Origin: Fimbriosthenelais zetlandica | Taxonomy: Eukaryota | Length of the DNA stretch: 64,000 nt | NCBI GenBank assembly: GCA_977030845.1 | Contig: OZ365109.1 | Span: 39,618,001-39,682,000 of the forward strand | Direction of reading: 5' to 3' | Shown: piece by piece, positions 29,901 to 44,900 of the stretch | Layout: each line of letters starts with the position of its first letter | Numbering within the stretch: the stretch's first letter is position 1 | Notes under the pieces: model-generated | What the model saw: the letters and a program-made list of their open reading frames with translations, nothing else | Told to the model about the DNA's origin: nothing | Databases searched by the model: none | Program-made: the position numbers and the translations under genes

Positions 29901-32900
29901 ATTGAAGGCCAGCCATGTCTCTCAGTGTATTGAGAGGCATTTTACAAGAACCATTGCTGCCCTTCACAAAGAGCAGGCCATTTTGTACTGACAACATGTT
30001 TCCTATTCTGAAATTTAGGGCAATACCTACAGCCTAAGTAATTGCCATAGTGGATTTAGGGCAATACCTACAGCCTGAGTATTGGCACAGTGGATTTAGG
30101 GCAATACCTACAGCCTCATGCAGTATTGCCATAGTGGATTTAGGGCAATACATACAGCCTCAGTATTGCCATAGTGGATATAGGGTTTATGTATTTCTAA
30201 TGGTAACAATGCAATGTGTCGAGGGAGTATAAACAGCTGGTTAACTGGTAAACAGCTTTGTGCCTGCACCAGGAACAGTAGCTGAACAAAACCTAGACCA
30301 ACACAGTCCGTAGATACTCCCACTCCATCTGATGGTGCTGGTTCTCAGGGTGGTGATGGTGGTGGGGGGAGGGGGGGGGGGTGAGAGAGTTGGGGGTGGG
30401 AGAGAAGACGGGGAGGCGTGAGGGTGTGGAAAGGGAGTGGGCTCCAGATAAAGAATGATGTTGAAGCCTAGGGCAACAGTTACACTCCTAAAGTATTGTG
30501 ATCAAAGCACTATGATAACACATCAATGATAATATGAAATTTACTTGGATCAAATATATGACGTTAAAACGTAAGCTATTTTTTGCCTAAATTGCCTAAA
30601 TTGTACACTTTGTCACCATAAACAAAGAATTGAGACCATAAATTTGACACGTTATCAATAAACTTAAGTTCGGCTTGCCATAAATATACATTAAGGCTAT
30701 ACCACCGTTGCTGTGGTGATTTGTCATGCAACACAATAATCCATTTTTTTTAAATTGTGTCCATGAATCCTGTGGAGAGATGTCTCGGGAGAAGTTCAGA
30801 ACATTAAATGACTGCGGGACCTGAAAATATTTGCTGTGAAATTAAAGCAGACGAGACCGCAATGTGACACTGAAAACCGTAGAAACCGAAGCCTGTAAGG
30901 AGATTAGGTTTAATAGTGTGGGCGAGAAGGCAGTTGAGAAAGGACCACCATCTCTCTAGTCGCTCCTACCGCCATTTAATATGCCAAGTATTGCCATAGA
31001 AGCCAAGCTATAGACTACACCCTCCCTCTACCAGCTACCGCTTTGGATTTACTGTTATATATCCGCGCATTATTTCAGGCCTTTATATCTGTATTATGAC
31101 ACTATAACCAAATAGGTCTTGGATGCGCCCTTTAGGAGATATTTCAGCTGAGCATGTTGTGAAATCAATGGAGCTACATGTGGGTTGCAATAGGAGCAGC
31201 TCGACTGAGCAATACATTGAGCCGCTCAGGGATTCACGGCTGATATTAGATATGTAATCTAAGGCCTGGATAGTGTATCTACATTCCTATCTATTAGATG
31301 CAGGAATTGCACATCCCTGTTAGGGCACATTGAATATCTTTTGTTTCGTGGAACAACAGATTTATTGGGATACATTGGCTATTTATCAAGCAATTCCCAT
31401 GGCCATAAGTTATTTGTCTCTTGGAATAGATTCCCTTTTCATTGCTACTTATCACAAAAGGGACAAGAATGCCTTTATGTCTTATCAAAAGTTATCAGAA
31501 GATGGATCGGAAGTGTGTTTTTTTTCTCAGGAGAAAATCATTTTAAACCTTTTTTCTCCATATTTTCCGATTAGAAATACTCCAAAAATAGAGGGATATA
31601 CAAATGAGAACATAAAAATTTAATATTGGGCTAATTGTATTCTGCTTCTCCAACGACACCCAACATGTTTACATTTGTTATTAAGTAACCTTATGCGCAC
31701 AGCCTTCAAATCGGTATATATATATATAACTTAAGAATATATAAATTTATTTTTAAAATCTCCTCATGTATAGGAAAAGTAAAGCAATACCGAATCAGAT
31801 TTAAGGTCTGTTTAGAAGAAAGAAAACATCTATTGTAGATTGGATGTTTTGTATTGAGATCACGGTGAGAGCCTGACGCTCCTGGCTGATTGTGAATGAC
31901 TGTAGAGCCAGACCAGCCTCATGGTTAATCCCACTACACAGCTAATTAACTATACAATGAATAATTCCCGCCTTCTTCAGCCTTAATGACAGAAAAACGC
32001 CCGATATGAATGCTAAAACAAGAGCTCTGATTACACTCAAACTAAACGCTGGCCTCCACTGATGAGATTGTTTTGCCACACATGCGAATTTATGAATTTT
32101 ATTGTGACAAGGCAAGGAGGTTCTGGAATACCTCTACATATAAAGGGAAAGATCAGGCAGTTTTTATTTAGAAATATTCTCCAAAACCACCTCTTCCAAG
32201 AGCAACTGGAAGAATTTTCTTAACCATAATACACATTGAATAATACCACATTTCACATTCTGTTCACATACATTCCCAACTCTCCTGGTTTTGTACAAGA
32301 AAATCGCCAACGGCGAGGGTCGGAGAGGGTACAAGCAACATTTTTGAGAAAACAGTGCTTAGATAATGCAATAACAAGCAATTTTCCAAGCACTTTTGTC
32401 AAATAAAATGGTACCCTAACCCTAACTTGACCCTCGCCATTGGCGTAGTCCCTTGTACAATGTGAGGTATGTCCACATACCTTCCCAACTCTGTCTCATC
32501 GGTCGGTCATTTGTGTTGGTGTGAGTCAACTTTAAAGATAACGCAAGTTCCCTCCCATTATTACCACTGTTACGGCTCTATAAAAAGTCCACCATATGGG
32601 GAAAGTCTGTATAATTGAATTATAATTGTGGTGGATTCAAAGTGGGTATTGTTTACTGATTACAGTAGTCTTACAAAGAAAAGCTGTTTTTACTCGTCAT
32701 GTCTAATTATCTTCATAGAAAGACAATTAAATAAGTGCAATTAGAATCTGTTGTCTTAAAGAGACCTGTCTAGTAGTATTTTGCTCACATTAGTCTGAAT
32801 CACTTCAATGGATTTCAATGAAATAACTGCATTACATTGTCTGAAGTGAAATTCAAAGAATTATTGGAAAGTTAATTAAATTCTGATCCTAATGTGAGGC

Positions 32901-35900
32901 ATATATAAACTATACTCGTTTAAGACTACTCCATGCATTAAAGGTAATATAGGACAATTGTTAGTGATTCTTTAAATGATTTTAATTGATTTGTGATTAT
33001 TCTTTAAATTAATATGCTCTTTTGTCTCACTCTCTCCTTTCGTATGCCATTCTTGATAAAAATGATAATGAACCATACCATGCCATGCCAAGATATGCCA
33101 TCCCATTGATCGGGATGAAATATTTACAATCACCCTACTTCTTTTGAACCTACAAAATTTAGTGTCCCGAATTTGGTAAAATCTAAATTCTTTCCTGGGA
33201 AAGAATTTCTAAAGAGCTTTCTCGTGGTGCCTTTGGTAGCTATCTTCGTAATGGACGGAGCTGCAGTTTCCATGAACAGGAAAATGCCTGGATTATTTTT
33301 TTGCCATATTTACTGACAGCTTTGATTTCTTTGTGAAGAAACCAGGTGTTCTTTATGAAAAAGCCTGACCCTGACCCTCCGATCATTCCCTCAGCCTGTC
33401 AAAGTGCGAGAATCTTTTTAAAAAATGATTAAAAAATGATCTTGTTTGCTCTTAAATAACTTCCAAGACAAAGCGTCTTTAAGAAAGCAAGCTGCCAAGT
33501 GCAAGGATCCTTTCAGATGAATTAAAATGCTTTAATACAAGCTAAAAAAAACTATTTTGAAAAAGAGGGAAAAATTTGCTTCTTGAAGGAATGGGAAATG
33601 TGAAAACTTCCAAGGAGTCCTAGGATGTCATTACTGTCAAATGCTAATTGTAGGTTATGTTTTTTAGAAGACGGATATTGTAAAAATGTCCATTTGGCCA
33701 TTCCCTTATGGAAATATATATTTTCAACATTTACTCGCATCTGCAGTATATTTCAGAGTGCTAATAGATTACATAATTTTTACCGCATTTAGCTGTCATT
33801 TATACAAAAATCATTTACAGTGTAGGATTTCCTATCTCTATGTATTCCACGTCTCTTGGATTAAACAGTGGTCCCAACAGACGACTGCTCCAAGTCCAAC
33901 AGAAAAGAGAAAAACACTGGAAGGGAACCTACAACTCCACAGGACCCTCTCTCAAATGAACCTCCGTAATTTGCATATTGATAAGGAGTTCGTTCCTCAG
34001 GGAGAGGTGTGAATGATTTGGGAGTGATCACCAATAATAGACTACCTGTATTTGATGGGGACAGGTGAGAAAATTGACACCTGTAATAATGGACCTCTAT
34101 ATATGCACCTCACTGGGATTAAAATATGATACCTGATTACCAGGATTATCATGAATATTTATAAGGTAAGATTAATGCTGAGTAGCTTGTAACACTTTCG
34201 CTGCCAAAACAATTCCAAACTTTTGTGTTTTTCTTTTCTTTTTTTTTGATTTTGTGAGTACAAAAGCATATGATAAATAACAGAGACAACAAAGGAGTTT
34301 TATAGTAGGTAACATATGCGAGTACATCCCTCATTTACAAACTCTGAAATTGTGTTGGTGCTTCTAGCACAAGTTGTCCATCTGAATTTATAGACAATTT
34401 TATGATAATTATGTTCTGGTTTAACTTATATTTTTTATATTAACTTGAATGGAAGGTACAATTTCTGGGATAGTGGCGGTGAAATTCATACAGAATAGTG
34501 AAGGCTTTGCTCACTTATGTGTAATATCTGAAAATATGTCAGATAATCTCTATTGAAAGCTATTGATTGAGCTATTTGAAAGCGTAATACAATAGGCACA
34601 TGGCTTGGTAAGGCTAGTGGCAATGTTAGTAGGGCGCCAGACACGTAGATCAGAACTGGGCAGAAATTGTGTATTTGACACACTTTTCTAAGAGGGTCTG
34701 GTCCTAGTGTGTACACAGAAAAACCTATGTAAAGTTCCCCAGGTACCTCCTCTCCCCAAATATTTAGCCAATATCCAGTTTACAAACCAAAACTGTTATC
34801 ACTTCTCCCTGGATACTTATGTTGCGAAAACAAAACGGAGGTCTGACATAGGAAGTGGAGACAATTCTTACAGGATATTTTGATGGTTGGTTGGAATTAT
34901 TATCCTTTACTATGGATTATAGATTTTAAAAGAAGGAACTGCATTGGCAAAAAGTTGGTTTATTATGAGAATTTAGAATTTGCTTAGGAAATGGAAGAGG
35001 TTGTGAACACTCCCTGGGGATGGGAGTGTTCGGACACTAATAGTATATTTATCATTGGCTTTTCCCCTTGAGATTTCAGCTAGAACCTGTGTACAAATGA
35101 TAAAGACTTCCAATGTCCTTTAAAATCATCAGTGATGTATATATAATATTTCATGCGTAATAGCCTGGCTCCACTATAAACCACAAAATCGGCCAGCGAC
35201 TTGTCCTTTGACCTAAATTGTTAACCACAGTTATACATTATTTCCCTCATATTTTGCCATTTGTTTGAATTTGGCTTACCATAACTTTCAGAATGGCCAC
35301 AGAACATTTCTCATATTTATTGACCAATAGATTGATCCTATAATATATAACCCGTGACCCACGTACACCCAGCCACCCACCCCGACCCGACTCCACTCCC
35401 ATGGTCAGTCTCCTGCTATTATAACTTGTGGACAGCTGCAGTACTGTCAACACTCCGCTTTGAGAAGTCAAGAGTTTTTGAAGGTTTTTGAAGTTTTTGA
35501 GTGGTTGATATGGGGGATTTACTGGCTGGTCCCGCAGAGGAGGAGACAGAGTGGAGGTGTGCTCTCAGGTCTCTCTCCATGGACAATATTAAAAAGGTGG
35601 CTGTAAGTATTCTATACTATTGTCTACACGCTAAATCTTATATCAGAAATTGTCTTATGAGTTGAATGGCTTTAGTGCCAGTTCACTGATAGAAAACAAC
35701 CACAATTCTTACTGTCAAACTTGAGAAATCAGACCTTTATATACAGTTGGCAGCATCATAATTTATGCTTAGGCAACCTTGTGAAATTGCAACGTTAATT
35801 TGATTCCAAATAGCCCCAGATTTATTCCATAAAGTCCCGGCATCTACATCTATAATTTCATGACCGACTAATAACTATAAGTAATAAAATAAAATATTAT

Positions 35901-38900
35901 CCCTCTATTATCCCTCTAAAAATCTTTGAAAAATATTCATTGGAAATTTTTTTAATCTATTGCAACACTACTATGATTTGTCTAAAATCCAAGGTATTAG
36001 TCTCATATATGACGTATGTTGATGACTCAAGCCTCTTACATAACCAATATTGATATGATTTGCTCAACAACATGAGCAAAAGAGCAGAAATAATTGGTCT
36101 ATTGTGTAGACATACGGTCAAATGGTGGTCAAATGTTGAGCTAATGTACAGGGTTTTGTAAGCTTTTTTGTGATACATATTACCATTCTTCAGGTGGCAA
36201 AAGAGAAATTGCGATGCAAAATCGCATGATTGGATTCTGATAGCTATGCAAAATCAACGTGCATATCATTTTTTTTCAAACCAGAATATACCCTGCAGTT
36301 TAGGTATCATTGTTATACAATGGCCTGTATAGTGTATGGTATTATAAGTGTCAATGATTCAACGTTATGTTCTGGTCACACCTGGCAAGGTTATCATTCA
36401 CACATGGTGTCTATAACATTAATATAGGTAGAGCAGGAGGACGACAAGGAGAGAGAAATGTTTAGTATACAACCCACAGAGAAAAGGCGTCATAAAAGAT
36501 CGGTAACTGATTCAGATTCTCAAAGTGGTATGAGCTATGACAATAACTGGGCTGGGTTCTCCTTGATTAGGTCCTGCAGATTGAGTTCAGTCTCCTGCAG
36601 GTTGGGTCCAGTCGCCTGCAGTCTCCTGCAGCTTGGGTCCAGCCAGTTACAGATTGCCCCCAGTTCCTTTGAGACCTAGTCCTGGTGTAGTGTAATAACT
36701 TATAGTGATAAAATAATTTAAGTGCATTTTCTTGTTTCTGCTTTCTGTATTCAGTAACTACTAAGGCCATCAGATAACAAGTTGTGATATTTTTTTTTTT
36801 TTTTTTTTTTTTTTACAAACATTTTGATTTTTAGAAATACCATATAAAATTTAATATTATTTGCAAATAAAAATCAATTAAACATGGAAATACTTGTCAT
36901 AAAGCTCCTAATTCATAAAATATGTATTTTTCTGAAATAGGGGTTTTCTTCTGTGATTTGTTCCCACTTGTTTACAAGTTGTAACTCTGGACATTGATGT
37001 TCTGCCTGTGGCTGCAGCTTAACATCTGGGAATGTTGCTTCAGTGAATGCTGCATGAACTAGAGTCACCAGCTTTAATTAAGTTTGTTCCATGGTGGGAT
37101 TTTGGGTCGCCTGTCGAAAAGCAGTATAGTGACATATAAGGAAGCTTTATTGCTGTATACCTTTGTATTGCTTCGATTCATATAATATACTATATTCATA
37201 TGCTTCAAATTTGATTACGAGTCGTTTTGAAAACTGCCTTTTGCCTGCGATACATTATATACCAACAGTTTACAAATGAATTTTTGTTTTGCTTAGTAGT
37301 CAGGTTGATGAATGGAATATGAAATTGGAAGGAACTTACAGAAGGAAATAGACTATGAAAATATGATAAATTATCTGATGATAGTCCTATCCTTTTCTGC
37401 AGCAGTATTTTAGTCAATATTCATAGCGAATTTACATTGGAAAATTAGCATTAAGGTCGTATAATATATATAGCAAGCTTGCTACTAATATCTATGCAAA
37501 TGGCCTATCTGCTATAAATTGCATGACGGTAGCAGACTGACTAAGATAGCTCTAAGTGACATTAGCCTTAACTTAGTTTCAAATGTGGATAGAATGTCAT
37601 AACGGTTTTTAATCACAACAGTGTTTTGATAAACTTATTTATATATGAAATATATTCTTCAGGATATTTTTTCCATAAATGCTGTATTGTTTGATATTGT
37701 CTATCAGCTTTTATCAGTGCCTTCAATATCACGATAGATCAGTATTATAGATAGCAGTTAAGATGGTTTATCCTAGAAAATATCTACAATATAGCCAAAA
37801 TATGCATTCAAATTAATTCTATTTATCCAAATATTTGGAACTGTTTTTCAAATGAGCAAATTTACAAATGAATTTAGGCTGATTTTTAGGTATTTTGTCT
37901 ATCGCATCTAAGCTATCTTAACTATTATCCGAGTGTTCTATGTGATAGTGGAGGCTTTTTTCCATTATTGTCTCGTGTTATTATGCTGATATTGTAAGCA
38001 TCATATATACTCTCATATCAGGATGTCCACAGTTTAATTACTCTAATAAGTCACAATTTTCTCCATAACATTATTTTTCTTCCATTTTCATCAATTTCCC
38101 TCTATATTAATAACCTTATTTTCGTCCATCTTTGAAACTACATGTAGATGAACAAATTATTATATGAATTTGTTCTTGTAGAGTCATAGACCCTTTACAT
38201 TCTCAACATCTTGTTATTTCTTTCATTTTTCCATCCATGACTTTTGAGAGAATTCCTCAATCTAAATTGAGATATCAACTTTCCAAGCCCAAAAGTAACC
38301 TGTTGTAAATAGTTCAAATTTGCCCTGAATTATTTCTAACATTCGAGATATTGCATCTTGAGTGAATATTGAATTATACATGATTTAGTATTTGATGGTT
38401 TTATTTTGGTATTTGTTTGCAGTATTTCAAGAAAGCCAATAAGCTTGGAGATCAAGCTAAGAAATTGAAAACCCAAATATGGAGTTCTGTGGTTACGATT
38501 GTCCTGGTGGAGGGGAAGAGTCTGCTGCCCATGGACGACAATGGTTTCTCGGATCCTTATGTTAAGTTCCGGTTAGGAAACGAAAAATACAAGAGTAAGG
38601 TATGTGTCAGGATTCTCACTTTGGGGTATGTCAATACCAAGATTCTCACTTGGGTATGTACATGCCAATTCCAAGATTCTCACTTGGGTATGTACATGCC
38701 AATTCCAAGATTCTTACTTGGGTATGTGTGCCAATTCCAAGATTCTCACTTGGGAGTATGTCAACTCCAAGATTATCACTTGGATATTTACCTGCAAATT
38801 CTCACTTGGACATGTACACGTGTCAATTCAACGATTCTCACTTGGGTGTATGTATAAATTCCAAGATTATCACTTGGGTATATATATATGTGTAATCTCA

Positions 38901-41900
38901 GGTGGGTATGTGTGAATTCCAAGATTCTCACTTGGATATGTGTCAATATCAAGATTCTCACTTGAAAAGATCATGGTTGCCTTTTCAATGGAGAAAGGGC
39001 GTGCTACAAGCATTCATATACATTATGTTTCTGTGAATTTTTATTTTGTAAAGGGGAATGCATATACTGTATACTGAATGTGATCTGTGCTCATTTGTTG
39101 TGATGTACAACGTTCTTGTCAACATGGCTACCGTCACAACATAGCCACAGTTTTGTTCCTCTGTGTTGGAAACTCCTCCTAATTCGAGTCCAATTTTTTT
39201 TGTCATCTGAAATTGTAAATAATAGAAATGTATCCTTCACAACGTATAGTTGCAAGGAATTATGAAAAACATGAGACTCAATGTAGGCCTGTTTAAAGTG
39301 GATATTGAGTCCTATTTGGGAAGTAAACAATCCTTAGCATAATTTTTGAGAAAAAAACTATATTCAGGCAGTGGTTGATATCCACCAAGGTTATTTGCAG
39401 ATGTTGTAAAGTGTTATTCCTCTTAAATTGCTTTTGTTTTACATTGATGTCTATTGACAATGTTTTTTCCCGTATTATAAGCATGTTTATACTAAGTTCT
39501 CGCATATTTTGTATATTATCAGTCAATTTCAGAATGCCATATGTTCATTATGTATACATGTAGCTATCATTTTATGGTGTACCATGGGTTGTTGCTTAAT
39601 CCTGCAACCACTCAAAAGTCCTGATTTTCAACTGAACAGCTTGCAGAATTGGAGAATACATTTGGAATGCATTATAATACTCACCAGATTTTACAAGCTG
39701 TTCGTTTGAAAAACAGGTATCTTGGGGTGCTGGAGGTATTATACGATGCCCTCAATATCTTGTGGACCATCGATATTGTTTCTTTGCTTTTAAAAGTAAT
39801 AATTATACATGCATGTTTGTCATATATTTTTGACTGGATCACTTTTTACAGGCCAAGAAATATAATCAGAGAATATAATGACAATTGCCTAGGAACATTT
39901 TAATACATTAGCCTATTTATTGATAAATTTTAAGATGATTTAAATTTTCCATCTGCTTTGGCATTGCTTTTTGCTGACAATTGCCTTTTGCTTTTTGCGG
40001 GCCTCTTTGCCTATATATCTGGAATTTTTACCGCTGTAGGAATCTCTTTATAATACATTCAGTCTTAATGGCCAATAAGAAAGTAATTTTTCACAACCTT
40101 TTTGTCTAATTTTCTGTCCTCAGGGTTCCCAGCCATCCAGGGAATTTAGGGTTGAAATATGTTTTTTATTTTATTTTTTCCTGTAAGAGAGAAAACTCTT
40201 TATTTTGGAAGTCCACATTTTTAAAACAAGCAGTTTTTAAGCTAGCAGTTGTGCTAGCTCCCGCAACTGCCGTATCTGCATCTAGGGAACCCTGGAGGTG
40301 CTGGGGAGCCTGTAGAATGTATGTTCTGTGAATGAGTACTGATGGACACTCTCTGTGGTGTCTATCTTCAGGTTGTCCGTCAACGTCGCCGTGCCACCAG
40401 ATCACGTCATCATGTAGGCTCCCACCAACCATATGCCTCCTCCTCCACTACCACCTCTTCTTATTCTTCCATCTACTCTTCTTCCTCCTACTCTCCTTCA
40501 CCAGAGAGTGTTGATAATGTGACTAACTCCTTAACCATTTAATATGTGATCATATTTAGATGTTTCCAGGCTCTCTCCGCTATCTTCCTGCCCATTATTC
40601 AGTGCTGGCCCCTACTGTTAAAGTGTTGAACTATAAATGTATATAATATCAAGGATGCAAGTGATCACCAACCATCAATATACATTGAAGTATCAATATA
40701 ATTTTTAGTATTCCTAGACATTTTGGATTTTCCTCCATTCTACACATTTCATTTTGTTTCATTTATTGGTCCATTATATGCTCAAAAATGTAAGAAATTA
40801 TCGGAATGTCAACATTAATATTAAGATTTTATGGTTGTTTTTTAATTGCCTCACTTGCATTCTTGACAGAAGAGTGTGTCAAAACTAGGGCTGGTTGCAC
40901 AAAGCAGAATCACCAAACAGTTATTTTATTCAAAAGAAATTCTAGGGCTCTTTCATGAGAAAAGATATGGAATGCATTCTATTGCTATTTGGTAATTTCC
41001 TTATCTGATTTCCCAACATCATTATAGTCACTATAAAATGTGAATGGGCCATCTTATTTTGGAACATTTCAAATATATACATTTAAATTTTATACATCTG
41101 TTAGTGGAAACAAATTCTGAACAAGTAGGCCTATGCCCATGAATTACTGAACGCTCTTGGCCAAATTTATTTTTAAAAAATCGACAATAGCCTATGGAAT
41201 TATGATGGAGGCTTTATGCAAATTGAACAGCCTAATAACCTCTGAGTGACTCTGCTGTGGGGTAACCTGTCCATGCACCAGTAGGTCAAACTAATGTGTT
41301 CTTCGTTTAGGCAGTTGGTAACACATGCTGTTGGTGTTGTGGCGCTCCTGCGAGGGAAAGAAACCAATGCTAATAGGCCATGGAATATATATGGTGCCAT
41401 TTCCTCCCAAATATGGAGTGTTCATCCAGTGTCCATGTACAGTGTAATCTCACTAATTCGACCCTCCACTGTGAAATATTAATACGGACAGATCCATCTT
41501 TGGGACCAAATTATTGTCATATTGTGGGAAACACCACGGTGGTGTAGTGGTTAGAGTCTCTGCCCCGTGTGTGGAAGGTCGCAGGTTCAAACCGTGGCCG
41601 GCTCAAACCAAAGACTTAAATATTGGTACTAGCGGCTCCCTCTGTTGGCAGTTTGAACCGTGACGACAGTGCTATGATTGGTTGGCCTGGTGTCAGGAAA
41701 ATGTGATTGGATGAGGTATCATGTCATGTCATGTGTCAGACGAGATACCTCAGTGTGGCAGCAATATAAAAGAGCCTAGGTCTCACTGTCATCAGTAGGC
41801 ATTGTCATGATATAACTGCTGGGCTAATTCTAACCACAAATTTCTTTTAGCAAAAAGTGCTAATGACACCAAATTTCTTTTAACAATTTGCAGTTGGCGT

Positions 41901-44900
41901 TAGCAGATGTTAATTTGAAGGAAACATTGCTAGTTGGATTTTTCCTTCAACTCTGATATTTGTGTGATTTTGTGGTTAGGTGTGATTTTGATTTCGCAAA
42001 ATTAGCGAATAACAGTCATTTTCTTTTAGCAAAGTAGCATTTTTATTCGCAAATTGCGACAGTGCGATCGGGTAGAGCCAGCCCAGAACTGACAAATTGT
42101 TGAAAGTGACATTACGAAATCATGGAATAACAATGGTCGCTTTAGTGGTGTTCTAAACATTTGGTTTTGACCTTTTGATGGTCGCATAATGAGGCAGTCG
42201 CTTTAGTGAGGTTGCTGTTGACTGTACTTCTAAATGGGTGTGTTACTTTGTATTATGTCTTTGTTTGTAAGGTATGATGCCCTCAATATTCAGTCCTGGT
42301 TGCAATGTCAGCTATTCGCTTCATGCACCGTAGCTTCTTTGCAATTATTCCGTATTTGCACCAAGAATAATTATGACCCTTTTCACCTCAGATATTATAG
42401 GTTGACACTTAGCCTGTAGGCCTACATATAATATTATATGAGAATTAAATTTACACAGACTATGTAGGTTAAAATAGGTTACATAACATGTTATCTAGAT
42501 CCCTGAACAGGTATTGATAAAGACCCTCCCTTTGCGTGCTTGTCCGTGTGTTTATGTTTGTCTTTAACATGGCTAATCACTAAAGAAAATTATTGGGATA
42601 TAGTTTCTTTTCCATAAGAAAAATAAGGTTTGGGTATCGATAATAATAATAAGACTAAACACTTGTTTTGCTTGAGATTTATTCACATGAGTTCACACTA
42701 ACTAAAATTGTTTAAATATTGCCGTAAGACTCTTTCGTTTCTCCTTCTAATGACTTTCTGTTTGTAAAACATTCTAAACAGAAAATTATTTAATCCTGAA
42801 ACAAAAATAATATTTTTGCATCATATCGTACATAGTACATATCCAGCAGCAAAAGTAATGTCTGTCAGTCATTTTCCTGTCATTATTTTATTAATTTTCA
42901 GTACATTATTTCTTTAACAAACACATTTCAATTACCAGAATAATTTAAACATTTCTCTATTTCCTTTGTACTTATACTATTAAACTTCAACATTCCAACC
43001 AACAGATTTAAACCCTGATTGCATGATTAGTCTAATGTCAGTGAATGTTATTTTTTCAGTATAAAGCCAAGACCCTGAACCCCCGGTGGCTGGAACAGTT
43101 CGATCTTCATATGTTTGATGATCAGACGAGTCACCTTGAGATCTCAGTATGGGACCACGATCACGCCGGTAAAGACGACATCATGGGCAGGTCAGTTCTT
43201 ATAGTTTTCTTCTCTTTTTCCCTTGACCACCACGGTGGTGAATTGGTAATGCCTAGTTTACACTAAGAAATCTTATTATTTTTTTTATATTGGGTTGATT
43301 TTTACATCCAAACATGTACATCGAAACTAATTGTGATATTCTTGTCAATTATACCCATTTTAGGTCTTATATAGCTCTTACTTTTCCTACCAATTTAGAC
43401 CACATCCTTCTATAATAACTCAGATGGCTACGTTTCCTATTTCTAATATTAAATAATTTGTAAAATAATAATCTCATAACAATACTACTGCGTGTTCACC
43501 TCACCAAATACTGACCTGGCCCAGACTGAATTATCTCTTTGATTAACAATTTTTGTCAGACACAACATGCCTACGTTTGTAATATTACGCACTTTATTTT
43601 ATTTGTATCCTCATACTTTTTCAAGCCGCTAGCAGTCCTGTTAGATTTTAATCGGTTCTGTCACATTCCACCTGTTCTAACAAATCCCAAGAAATTCATT
43701 TTCAAACGTGGCAATCGTGGCAATTTTTTTGCCAGGCAAAAAAATTGTCGCGGTCATCCAGGCGTTCAAGGTATATCACATTACCCCTATCAGTCCCATC
43801 ACGTCGCCTAAGGTTCTCTTACCTTTATTACGTTTAACCCGGTTAAAGCAAACATGCGTAACATGGTCAACGTGGACAAGTGTAAATGTATCATGAGAAG
43901 TGTTTGTCCTGCATCCTTTTTATACCTGATCTTTTAAACGCGCTCCAAACGTGCTCAAAACTTGGTCTGAGCCTGTTTTTCCCCCACGTTCATCTGTTGT
44001 ACATAAGCCTTGTTATATCTTATTATGACTTGAGAAACTTGGGGGAACTTTAACAAAACTTGATAAATGTGAGGGAACTGGTAGCATCTTGCAGGAACTT
44101 GACAAAACATTTTGGCATCCTGACCTAACCTTTATGGTTCTTGAGTCACCTGGACTCAGGAACCCGATTCTTACAGTTGATCTGATCCGATCACCCTCAG
44201 AGATCCCAACACAACCTAATCAAACGGTAAAAGAATTCTGAATTCACAAATGACGAAGGTTTCCAGGTTCCAGTACGTTTCAAACAAACGTGGAGAACGT
44301 GGCCAACGTGACCAAGTGTAAACTAGGCATTAGAGTGCCTCCCCCGTGTCTGGAAGGCCGCCGGCTCAAACCGCGGCGGGTCATACCAAAGACATGAGAC
44401 TACACTGTCCATAAGGATCGTGTATTTAAACGAAGAAACCTCGGTAATTCTTCCTTCATCCATCGTAAGTTTAAATCCTTGTAAAATGGCATATTCCGTA
44501 TAGATTATGATCGTATGAATAGAGGCTTCGTAAGGCGCCGCTCAGCGTAAGGCGCCGCGCATCGTAAGACGCCGCGCATCGTAAGGTGGGACTTCGTAAG
44601 TTAGTGACTTCGTAAGTTAGGGGATTAAGGACGCACTACTAGCGCTCAGGCGGCCGCTATAAATACTATTAGCTCCTGCGCTTCTATGGTATATATAGGC
44701 AGTAATATGGAATATTAATTTATTGATAATTATGGGTGTTTTGATTTGATCCCCCTTCACTTTCAAATAGATTTTGTTTATATAATGTACAATATTTCAG
44801 GATGAGAATATGGAAGGGTATGAGAAAGTCAACAAAATGTATTTAGTCAATTATATTTATTGAAGTTGTCCTCTGCACAAAACAATTGGATGAATATAAT

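Noticed and set aside
36458-36502. ATG...TCG|GTAACT ([15 protein letters not shown]), a possible fourth first exon
   Set aside because: It is short, has a weaker donor and no supporting promoter features, and cannot be distinguished from chance.
38417-38915. 146-aa ORF and two overlapping ORFs
   Set aside because: Only 38423-38599 is exon; the rest is read-through into a minisatellite.
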